From a bacterium (GTDB lineage: Bacteria > Cyanobacteriota > Vampirovibrionia > Gastranaerophilales > JBAXKC01), in assembly GCA_037137535.1 (NCBI GenBank), contig JBAXKC010000003.1, positions 64,001 to 128,000 of the forward strand: DNA of 64,000 nt. Direction: 5' to 3'. The notes below the pieces were generated by a model. It was not told where the DNA came from. It was given only the letters and a program-made list of their open reading frames with translations, and made no database searches. Both the position numbers and the translations under genes were made by a program. Of the stretch, positions 1-8,814 are shown one piece after another. Every line of letters begins with the position of its first letter. The first letter of the stretch is position 1.

Positions 1-972
1 GTAATGCTTACAGTCGCATGTTCTTTACTTGGAATGTTTTCAGCTGGTATTTCAAATAAGTTAAGTGCAATAGCCACTTACACCTTCTCTCATTTGAATC
101 CTGAGGATATTAACGAAAAGAACATCATGGGGATTTTAATTCCTTATTTTACTGAGATGGCCTATATCCTGTTACCAATTATGTTAATTCTTATGGTTGC
201 AGGTATTGCTTTGCAATATGCTCAAGTTGGAACACTTTTTACAACAGAAACCATAAAGCCTGACCTTAGCAGAATTAGTCCGATGACTATATTAAATAAT
301 TTTAAAAAATTTGTAAGTCTTAATAGCGTAATCGAACTTGGAAAATCGCTTTTAAAAACGGCTATTGTAGGTGGTGTCGCCTATTCTGTCATTAACTCCA
401 GAAAAGATGATATACTGATTCTGTTAGGTGCAGATGTCGGAAAATCATTAGGAACGGTAAGCGATGTTTGCTATCAAATGTTTATGCAGATATGTATAAT
501 TCTGATTATATTAGGTATAGCTGACTTGAAATATCAGCATTACAATCATCATAAATCTCTTAAAATGACAAAACAGGAGGTAAAGGATGAAGCAAAAAGT
601 GCTGAAGGGGATCCGGCAATAAAAGCAAAGATTAAAAGCATACAAATGAAATTTGCTATGCAAAGAATGATGGGAAATGTTCCTAAGGCAAACGTTATTG
701 TTAAAAATCCGACCCACTTTGCCGTTGCAATTCAATATGATCCCGAAATTGCACCTGTTCCGAAAGTTATTGCAAAAGGTGTTGATTATGTGGCTTTTAA
801 AATATTAGAAATAGGTAAAAATAATAATATTATAATAATAGAGAATAAGCCTTTGGCTAGAACTTTATATAAATTAGTCCCCGTAGACGGACTTATTCCA
901 GCAGAGTTATATGTAGCAGTTGCAGAAGTGTTAGCTTATGTCTATAAATTAAATAATAAGGGTATTAAATAG
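1..972 (+). CDS. flhB: Flagellar export gate protein FlhB (5' end lies before the window)
   Basis: TM segments, LKMTKQEVKDEAKSAEGDP motif, NPTH autocleavage site, ENKPLARTLY and ELYVAVAEVLAYVY C-terminal motifs. Confidence 0.97.
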   Translation, partial: VMLTVACSLLGMFSAGISNKLSAIATYTFSHLNPEDINEKNIMGILIPYFTEMAYILLPIMLILMVAGIALQYAQVGTLFTTETIKPDLSRISPMTILNNFKKFVSLNSVIELGKSLLKTAIVGGVAYSVINSRKDDILILLGADVGKSLGTVSDVCYQMFMQICIILIILGIADLKYQHYNHHKSLKMTKQEVKDEAKSAEGDPAIKAKIKSIQMKFAMQRMMGNVPKANVIVKNPTHFAVAIQYDPEIAPVPKVIAKGVDYVAFKILEIGKNNNIIIIENKPLARTLYKLVPVDGLIPAELYVAVAEVLAYVYKLNNKGIK

Positions 973-3096
973 GTGTTCAAAGATATCGATTTGAATGAAT
1001 TTCTCAAAAATAATGATATTTTACTGGCAATTGGGCTGGTAACTATTATTGCTATGATGATTATTCCCTTACCCTCTATATTGCTTGATGTTTTGCTTAC
1101 ATGTAATCTTTCTGTTTCAGTAATTATCTTGTTGGTATGTCTTTATACAAAAGAACCCTTAGATTATTCAACATTTCCTACTATTCTTCTTGTTTCAACT
1201 TTGTTCAGATTGGGCTTGAACGTCAGTTCCACAAGGTTAATTCTGTTGCATGGAGAAGCAGGTCAGGTAATACACTCGTTCGGGCAATTCGTTGTCGGTG
1301 GTAATTACGTTGTAGGTACAGTAATTTTTGCAATCCTTGTAGTTATTAACTTTATGGTTATCACAAACGGTGCGGGCAGGGTAGCTGAAGTAACCGCAAG
1401 ATTTACCTTAGATGCTATGCCGGGGAAACAATTAAGTATTGATGCTGATTTAAACTCAGGTCTTTTAACTGAAGATGAAGCTAAAGCTAAAAGGAAAAAA
1501 ATTCAAAGAGAAGCTGATTTCTACGGAACTATGGATGGTGCGAGTAAATTCGTAAAAGGGGATGCTACGGCTGGTATTGTTATTACCGTAATTAACATTG
1601 TCGGTGGTTTAATTATCGGTATGTGGCAGATGCAAATGGATTTTATGACGGCTGCTTCAACTTTTACCATATTAACAGTCGGGGATGGACTGGTTGCACA
1701 ACTTCCTGCTCTTATTATTTCAACAGCAACAGGTTTGCTCGTATCAAGAGCAAGTGGCAGTGAAACATCTTTAAGTACCGATATTGAAAATGAAATGTTT
1801 GATGATCCTAAAGTTTTAGGTATTGTATCGGGTCTTTTATGCCTTATGGGTATTATTCCGGGTATGCCGTTCCTTCCGTTCTTTGCTGTTGGCGGAGTTG
1901 CTGGTTCATTAGCATTTTTTAAATATAAAAATCCAAAACCTAAAAAAGATCCTGTAAAAGATGCGGCACAGGCTAAAAAAGATGCAAGTGCAGAGGGGGA
2001 AGAAGGTTCTGATGAGCAATCAAAGAAAAAAGGCAGTCGTGAATCAGTTATGGAACTCTTGGCGGTTGAGCCGATGGAGATAGAAATAGGCTATAGACTG
2101 GTATCTCTTCTTGAGATAGAACAAGGCGGAGATTTATTAGAAAGAATTGCTCAAATAAGAAGACAAACCGCTATGGATTACGGTATAGTCCTCCCTTCAA
2201 TAAGAGTTAGAGATAATTTACAGCTTGCACCAAATTCTTATCAGATAAAATTAAAAGGAATTCCGATTGAAGTGGGAGAAGTTTATGCGGATTGTCATTT
2301 AGCAATGACTTCTGGAATGAATGATCCTAATTTGAATGGTATAGATGCAGTTGAACCTGCTTTTGGTCTGCCTGCCTTATGGATAGGCGAAGAGCAGAAA
2401 GAATACGCAGAATCAATGGGATATACCGTTGTAAGTCCATCTGCCGTTGTTTCGACTCATTTAACAGAAGTTATAAAGAAGAATGCTTCTGATATTTTAA
2501 GTCGTACGGATGTTCAACAGCTTATTGATAACGTGAAAAAGACTCATGAAAATCTTATTGACGATTTAACAAAAGAAAGTAATATTTCAACGGCTGAAAT
2601 ACAAATCATTTTACAAAATCTTTTAAGAGAGCGTATTTCTATAAGAGATTTGCCAACGGTGCTCGAAGCAGTCAGCACTTTCTGTCGTGTAAGTAGAAAT
2701 ACTGATTACCTTACGGAACAATGCCGTATAGCTCTTTCAAGAAGTATCTGTAAGCAGAATTTATCAGATGACGGTGAATTGCTGGTAATTACAATTGCTC
2801 CCGAAATAGAAAATATAATTGCATCAGGCATAAGTGCTGACGGTCAAAGTTTAAACTTAGAGCCTAATTTTACAAGGTTATTAATTGATAACTTAAATGC
2901 AGAAATAGAAAAAGCTTTGAGTTCTACGGGGTGTCAGCCTGTAATATTGTGTAGCGGCGGTATAAGGCTTGCATTTAGAAGACTTATTGAGCGTACTTTC
3001 CCTCAAATAAGCATTCTTTCTTATAATGAAATAGCTCCTAATGTTAAAGCCAGATCAGTTGGCTTTGTGAACATTGAAGCTATTTCTCAATCTTAA
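973..3096 (+). CDS. flhA: Flagellar type III export protein FlhA
   Basis: GAGRVAEVTARFTLDAMPGKQ and FYGTMDGASKFVKGDA FHIPEP motifs; GTG start directly after the flhB stop. Confidence 0.97.
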   Translation: MFKDIDLNEFLKNNDILLAIGLVTIIAMMIIPLPSILLDVLLTCNLSVSVIILLVCLYTKEPLDYSTFPTILLVSTLFRLGLNVSSTRLILLHGEAGQVIHSFGQFVVGGNYVVGTVIFAILVVINFMVITNGAGRVAEVTARFTLDAMPGKQLSIDADLNSGLLTEDEAKAKRKKIQREADFYGTMDGASKFVKGDATAGIVITVINIVGGLIIGMWQMQMDFMTAASTFTILTVGDGLVAQLPALIISTATGLLVSRASGSETSLSTDIENEMFDDPKVLGIVSGLLCLMGIIPGMPFLPFFAVGGVAGSLAFFKYKNPKPKKDPVKDAAQAKKDASAEGEEGSDEQSKKKGSRESVMELLAVEPMEIEIGYRLVSLLEIEQGGDLLERIAQIRRQTAMDYGIVLPSIRVRDNLQLAPNSYQIKLKGIPIEVGEVYADCHLAMTSGMNDPNLNGIDAVEPAFGLPALWIGEEQKEYAESMGYTVVSPSAVVSTHLTEVIKKNASDILSRTDVQQLIDNVKKTHENLIDDLTKESNISTAEIQIILQNLLRERISIRDLPTVLEAVSTFCRVSRNTDYLTEQCRIALSRSICKQNLSDDGELLVITIAPEIENIIASGISADGQSLNLEPNFTRLLIDNLNAEIEKALSSTGCQPVILCSGGIRLAFRRLIERTFPQISILSYNEIAPNVKARSVGFVNIEAISQS

Positions 3097-3098
3097 AT

Positions 3099-4265
3099 TT
3101 AGGAATTTATTTCATTATCAAGTGTATTATTCTTTAAAGATTCTAAATCTGAAAACTTGTTTTTTCGGCTAAACATATATCCTGAAATAGCAGCTGTTGC
3201 TGGCACGCAAAGCACAATACCTATACTTCCGGCTAATGCTGAAAATATTTCAGTTGAAATTGAATTAAGGCTTAAAAATTTTATGGGGGAAATGCTTGAA
3301 GCAAGTACAGCTAAAGGTAAAGAGCCTCCAATGTAAGCTAAAATAAGAGTATTCGCCATTGCTCCCGTTATGTCAGAACCTATATTCATTCCTGATTGAT
3401 ATAATTTTTTAAAACCAATTTCTTCATTCGTCTGATGAATTTCATAAATACTGCTTGCTATAGAAATTCCTATATCCATAATTGCCCCGAGTGAGCTTAT
3501 AAGCATAGAAGAGGCCAATAAACCTCTAAAATTAAGCTCAGGATGCATACTCTCTAAAATAATGGATTCCTGATCATGAAAGCCTGTCAAATAGCCGAAT
3601 TTAAGTGCATATAAAGCAACTAGTCCTGCAATAAAAAGACCGCATAATGTTCCTAAAATAGCAGACAAGCTTTTCATGTTAAAGCCTGAAACCGATATAA
3701 TAGCAATAACTGTTGCAGCGGTGCATACAGCAAGAGTAACAGCAATTAATGGAAGTTTTCCTGTAATTGACGGTATCAAAATAAAGGCTATAAGCGAAAA
3801 GGTTGAAAAAATAGAAACAATGGATTTAACCCCTTTTTTGCCTGATATTAGTATCATTGAAGCTAGAAACGCTATAAAAACAACAATTAAAGCTGGTATC
3901 CTGTAAAAATCGGCTAGATAAAAAGTCGCATTGGTTTTAGAAGTTGGCTCAACGTCTAATAAAACATGGTCTTTTGGCTTTACTTTTATGTCATATGCTT
4001 TATTAGCGGATAATTGATTATCAAGATGTATTATTTTACCTTTATATGGCCCGCTTTCTACTTTGAGCGTTACTTTTTGTACAGAAGCATTTGCTCCTAA
4101 TGATTGAGAAAGAGTTTGACTTAATTTTTGTTCGTTTACGCTGATTATTTTTGCTGAAGCATAATCACTATTGTCAGCTGCTTTCATACTTGTTGATTCT
4201 TGTGCAACGGCAGGCGAACTAATAGTTATACATAGTAATAACATTATAAATACTTTGATTATCAT
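3099..4265 (-). CDS. YibE/F family membrane protein
   Basis: Signal peptide, beta-rich extracytoplasmic region, multiple TMs, LGAIMDIGISIAS and NTLILAYIGGSLP motifs; start placed at ATG 4265 rather than 4286. Confidence 0.85.
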   Translation of the reverse strand: MIIKVFIMLLLCITISSPAVAQESTSMKAADNSDYASAKIISVNEQKLSQTLSQSLGANASVQKVTLKVESGPYKGKIIHLDNQLSANKAYDIKVKPKDHVLLDVEPTSKTNATFYLADFYRIPALIVVFIAFLASMILISGKKGVKSIVSIFSTFSLIAFILIPSITGKLPLIAVTLAVCTAATVIAIISVSGFNMKSLSAILGTLCGLFIAGLVALYALKFGYLTGFHDQESIILESMHPELNFRGLLASSMLISSLGAIMDIGISIASSIYEIHQTNEEIGFKKLYQSGMNIGSDITGAMANTLILAYIGGSLPLAVLASSISPIKFLSLNSISTEIFSALAGSIGIVLCVPATAAISGYMFSRKNKFSDLESLKNNTLDNEINS

Positions 4266-4269
4266 AAGG

Positions 4270-5364
4270 TTAAACCCCGCTTTCAAATAAACTTTGTTGA
4301 GTCAAAGGAGCTTTATATCCTAAGTGTTTATAACCGGCCGGAGAAACTTTTCTTCCTCTTGATGTTCTTAAGATAAAACCGATTTGAAGAAGGTATGGCT
4401 CATAAACATCTTCAATTGTACGAATATCTTCTCCTAAAGCTGCTGCAATTGTTTCAATTCCAACAGGCCCACCATTATATTTTTCTATTATCATTGATAG
4501 CATATCTCTATCTGTTGTATCGAGTCCAAACTGGTCTATTTTCATCATATTTAAAGAAGCTTCGGCATTTTGGGTATCTATTAATCCGTTTGATTTAACT
4601 GAAGCATAATCTCGAACTCTTTTTAAAAGTCTGTTTGCAATTCTTGGCGTTCCTCTTGATCTTGCTGCTACTAATTCTGCTCCTTCTTGAGTGATTTCCG
4701 CATTTATGATTTTAGCTGTTCTTTTAACTATTTGAGTTAATTCTTCGTGGGTGTAAAACTCTAAACGATGTATTATTCCAAATCTATCCCTTAAAGGTCC
4801 TGAAAGTGAACCTGCTTTTGTTGTAGCCCCGACCAGCGTAAATTTTGGAAGAGGAACTCTTAATGTTTTAGCGGTATTTCCTTTACCTGTTGTTCTGTCT
4901 AAAGAAAAGTCCTCCATTGCCGGATATAAAATCTCTTCGGCAACTTTGTTTAACCTGTGAATTTCATCAATAAAAAGAACTTCCCCTTTTTTTAGGGTCA
5001 TTAAAATTCCGATAATATCTCTTGGTCGTTCGAGAGCTGGTGCTGACGTGATTTTTATTCCTGTATTCATTTCATGGGCAATAATCGAAGCAATTGTTGT
5101 TTTTCCTAATCCGGGTGGACCGTAGAACAATAAATGATCAATTGGTTCTTCTCTTTGCTTTGCCGCTTCAATAGAAATTTTTAATGTTTCTTTTAGCATG
5201 CTTTGACCGATATATTCATCTAAAGATTTAGGTCTTATCGTATTTTCAAAACATCTGTCCAGATCATTTTCTTTTGCACATACGTTTTCACGAGTAGGTG
5301 TTGTTTTTATTTTTATATTGTTTTCATCATCAGAGCTTATTATTGCCATAGTTATAAATCTCAT
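4270..5364 (-). CDS. ruvB: Holliday junction branch migration helicase RuvB
   Basis: [20 protein letters not shown] Walker [28 protein letters not shown]. Confidence 0.98.
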   Translation of the reverse strand: MRFITMAIISSDDENNIKIKTTPTRENVCAKENDLDRCFENTIRPKSLDEYIGQSMLKETLKISIEAAKQREEPIDHLLFYGPPGLGKTTIASIIAHEMNTGIKITSAPALERPRDIIGILMTLKKGEVLFIDEIHRLNKVAEEILYPAMEDFSLDRTTGKGNTAKTLRVPLPKFTLVGATTKAGSLSGPLRDRFGIIHRLEFYTHEELTQIVKRTAKIINAEITQEGAELVAARSRGTPRIANRLLKRVRDYASVKSNGLIDTQNAEASLNMMKIDQFGLDTTDRDMLSMIIEKYNGGPVGIETIAAALGEDIRTIEDVYEPYLLQIGFILRTSRGRKVSPAGYKHLGYKAPLTQQSLFESGV

Positions 5365-5419
5365 TTTTTATATTAATAATATTATAACTAAAATAACCGC
5401 TTACTATGATTTAGCAGAA

Positions 5420-7459
5420 TTATAAAATAACAGTTGATTTTTTTAAAAGGTAACGTCTTAATTTTTCTACAAGAATTTTTATGTCTATTGGTTTACTTAT
5501 GTAATCGTCCATTCCTGCCTCAAGACATTTCTGCCTGTCAGTGTCAAGTACATAGGCTGTTACTGCTATAATTGGTGTATTTTTATAGTTATCTAGTTCT
5601 TTTATCTTTGAACAAGCTTCATAGCCATCCATAATAGGCATTTGACAGTCCATTAAGATAAGGTCATAGGTTTTTGTTTTGCATAAATTTAATGTTTCTT
5701 TTCCGTTTCTTGCAACATCAAAGTTTAAGCCTAAATGATTTAAAACCTCTATTGCAAATTGTATATTTATCTCATTGTCTTCTGCGATTAATATTTTAAA
5801 TTTACTTAATTCATTATGGGTATCGTTGATATCTATTTTAGTTAAAAGTTCTTCTTCAGGTTCATTATCGATTTTAGTTATGGAATTTAAAATATAATTT
5901 TGTAGCACATCTTTTTTTATAGGTTTATGAAGATAGCCTAGAAAATTTCTTTCGCCCAATATCATTTCAGGATTTTTAACATTTGTTGTAATTGCAATAA
6001 TCTGTAAATCGCTCAATTTGTCATTAAATGTCATTAAATATGAAATAAAATCATGGTTTTTGCATAAAGTATTATAATTTATGATTAAGAAATCAGTCTT
6101 TTTATTATTTTTAAGGTATCTTACTCCATCTTCAAAGTTTTTTACAGTTTGAGTCTGACAATTTAATTCATTTAAATAGCTTTCTATTATCCTTGTATTT
6201 GTTTCATCAGGTTCAATAATTACAATATTTATTTTGGAAAGTAATGATAAGACACACTTGTTTTCTGCACTTGGTTTTAAAGATAGTGTAAATATGGCTT
6301 CAGTGCCTTTAGTAGAGCTATTTATTTTTATTTTCCCGCCCATCATTTCAATAAGATTTTTTGTTATTGCAAGACCTAAGCCTGTTCCTCCAAATTTTCT
6401 TGTTGTTGATATATCAGCTTGAGTAAAGGGATCAAAGATACTTTCGAGTTTTTCTGCAGAAATCCCTATTCCTGTATCTTTTACTGTTATTTCAATTAAA
6501 TTGTTATCATTTATATTCTCTTTTAATCGGGCTTCAATATAAATATAGCCTTCTTCAGTGAATTTTATGGCATTGCTTATAAGATTGTTTAATATTTGTT
6601 TTAATCTTGCAGAATCCCCATTCACAAATTTAGGAACTTGTGGATATATAAGGCAGTTTAAGTTCAGATTTTTTAAGTCTGCCGTAGCTGAAGCGATAGA
6701 AAGAGATTCTTCAAGCACTGAATGTAGGTCAAATTTGATATTCTCTATATTTAGCTTACCGGCTTCAATTTTGGAAAAATCTAAAATATCATTAATTATT
6801 GAAAGTAAGGTATTAGAAGAAATTTTAATCTTTTTTAAATAATCTTTTTGAATTGTATGAAGCTGAGTATTTTCTAATAATTGTAAAAAGCCTATTATGC
6901 AGTTGATGGGAGTTCTTATTTCATGACTCATCATTGCAAGAAATTCACTCTTTGTTTTATTTGCGCATTCTGCTTGGTCTTTAGATCTAAGAACTTCCAG
7001 TTCCATTTTTTTTCGTTCTGAACATTCTTTAAGTACTCTTGCCTGTTTTCGTTCTTCAATGCACTGAAATAGGGCGATTAGATATTTTTTGTTATTAATT
7101 GAATCAAATGACATTTTTATTTCAACGTTTGAAAGTTTTCCGTTTTTTTGTTTTTGTATTGTTTCAAAGCTGAAATGCTCTTTTTCTTCTAGATATAAAG
7201 GTTTTAAAAATTCTTTTAACAGAGTTATTTCTGAAAAGTCGGGGAGGTATTCAAGAATTGTTTTATTTTCTAATTCTTCAAATGAATAATCTAGGTGAAT
7301 TTGAGCACCTCTATTTATATAAACATGTTTTAACGAATCGGGATCATAGATAAAAACAGGAATTAAAGAATTTTCCAGTATTTTACCTATAGTTGTATAT
7401 ATTTGCTGTGATTTGTTTTCTATGCATAAATCACAGCATTTATTAGTGCATTGTTTCAT
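5420..7459 (-). CDS. Hybrid sensor histidine kinase (PAS-HisKA-HATPase-degenerate REC-REC)
   Basis: FLAMMSHEIRTP H-box, NLISNAIKFT, DTGIGI, GGTGLGL; C-terminal receiver LILMDCQMPIMDG. Confidence 0.93.
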   Translation of the reverse strand: MKQCTNKCCDLCIENKSQQIYTTIGKILENSLIPVFIYDPDSLKHVYINRGAQIHLDYSFEELENKTILEYLPDFSEITLLKEFLKPLYLEEKEHFSFETIQKQKNGKLSNVEIKMSFDSINNKKYLIALFQCIEERKQARVLKECSERKKMELEVLRSKDQAECANKTKSEFLAMMSHEIRTPINCIIGFLQLLENTQLHTIQKDYLKKIKISSNTLLSIINDILDFSKIEAGKLNIENIKFDLHSVLEESLSIASATADLKNLNLNCLIYPQVPKFVNGDSARLKQILNNLISNAIKFTEEGYIYIEARLKENINDNNLIEITVKDTGIGISAEKLESIFDPFTQADISTTRKFGGTGLGLAITKNLIEMMGGKIKINSSTKGTEAIFTLSLKPSAENKCVLSLLSKINIVIIEPDETNTRIIESYLNELNCQTQTVKNFEDGVRYLKNNKKTDFLIINYNTLCKNHDFISYLMTFNDKLSDLQIIAITTNVKNPEMILGERNFLGYLHKPIKKDVLQNYILNSITKIDNEPEEELLTKIDINDTHNELSKFKILIAEDNEINIQFAIEVLNHLGLNFDVARNGKETLNLCKTKTYDLILMDCQMPIMDGYEACSKIKELDNYKNTPIIAVTAYVLDTDRQKCLEAGMDDYISKPIDIKILVEKLRRYLLKKSTVIL

Positions 7460-7766
7460 TAAAATATATTCTCTTAGGGTTTTTACTATTATACTTTACT
7501 AAAAAAACATTATTTGTTAAATAGTGGTTAAAAATATTTAACATTGAAATTATATTTATTATGATAAATTATTGGGGCTAAATATGTATTTGAATACATG
7601 TTTTAAATTACTTTTTTATTGCACTGAATTTAGAGGCAAATATTCACCAATCACTATTAATTGAGTAGGTTTTTATATTGCACTACATTTTGCAAACAAA
7701 GATGAAAGCCTTTTAGTTCATTACATAATCTCAAATTAATTAAATAACTTTAAAGCTCTAAAATAA

Positions 7767-7792
7767 AAGAGGCTTTAAATTTAAAGCCTCTT
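7767..7792 (-). terminator. Hairpin terminator downstream of cobO
   Basis: AAGAGGCTTTAA-AT-TTAAAGCCTCTT perfect inverted repeat with T-run on the minus strand. Confidence 0.7.
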
Positions 7793-7813
7793 AAACTTAT
7801 GAATACTTTATTA

Positions 7814-8353
7814 TTAGTATTCGATACCCCTTCTTGCCATCACCCCATTATCAAAATAATGTTTTACAGGCTTCATTTCAGTAACGAGATGAGCCATTGC
7901 TATAATTTCAGGATGAGCTTTTCTTCCCGTAAGAACTATTTCAAGGTTTTGCGGTTTATTTTGCAAAACTTCTTTTAGCTCGGAAACTTTTATCATTCCA
8001 AGGTCAACGCATACGTTTATTTCGTCAAGGATTATAAGTTGGTATTTATTGCTCATAATGGCATCTTTAGCAAGTTGCCAGCCTTTTCTGGTTTCTTTAT
8101 AGTCTTCTATATTTATATTATGTGAATAAACAACTCTATCAAGTCCAAATTGAGCAAAATCAAGATTTGGCATAAGTTTTGAAGAACTTGCAAGTTCTCC
8201 GTAAAAATTACTGTCTGATTGTTCGCCTTTTGTAAACTGTGCGATAAGTACATTCCAACCATGACCGATTGCTCTTAATGCTAATCCTAAAGATGCAGTG
8301 GTTTTGCCTTTGCCATCTCCTGTATAGATTTGAATATATCCATTTTCCAGCAT
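7814..8353 (-). CDS. cobO: Cob(I)alamin adenosyltransferase (CobO/BtuR/CobA type)
   Basis: IYTGDGKGKTTASLGLALRAIGHG, ILDEIN, VLTGR, KHYFDNGVMARRGIEY. Confidence 0.93.
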   Translation of the reverse strand: MLENGYIQIYTGDGKGKTTASLGLALRAIGHGWNVLIAQFTKGEQSDSNFYGELASSSKLMPNLDFAQFGLDRVVYSHNINIEDYKETRKGWQLAKDAIMSNKYQLIILDEINVCVDLGMIKVSELKEVLQNKPQNLEIVLTGRKAHPEIIAMAHLVTEMKPVKHYFDNGVMARRGIEY

Positions 8354-8814
8354 TTTAGTCCTCCAGTCGAACTTATGATAATGTTATAAGTCAGTTTTAA
8401 AATCAGAATGAAAAACACCCCAGTCTACTTGATATAGTTAGGGAAAATCGTCTTTAAATTACTAAAATCTTCTGCTTATTTATAGTAAATCAAATTTAAT
8501 AATGGGTGGCAAATTTATTTCAATAATTTACATTGTAAAACTTTTAAACAGGTTAAAATCCCTATGCTATATACCATTAAGTAGAGTGAATAAGATTGTA
8601 ACTTTAGATTTATTCATTATTCTTAAAAAACTATTGCTTTAATTAAAAACAAACAGCATTAAGTTATTTATTCTCTGAAGTTAAGCGAAAGTAAGAGTAT
8701 CAAGTTATAAAATCGTAAAAAATAAATTATAATGGCTTTTTAACAATCATAATAAATACATATCTTGTTTAAGGTATAATTACAGTTAAAATTCTAATAA
8801 TAAGTGAGGGTAAA

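Noticed and set aside
8354-8814. Cobalamin riboswitch for cobO or T-box for valS
   Set aside because: No B12 box found; AATGGGTGGCAA near 8501 resembles a T-box only partly, lacking ACC, a terminator and a specifier stem
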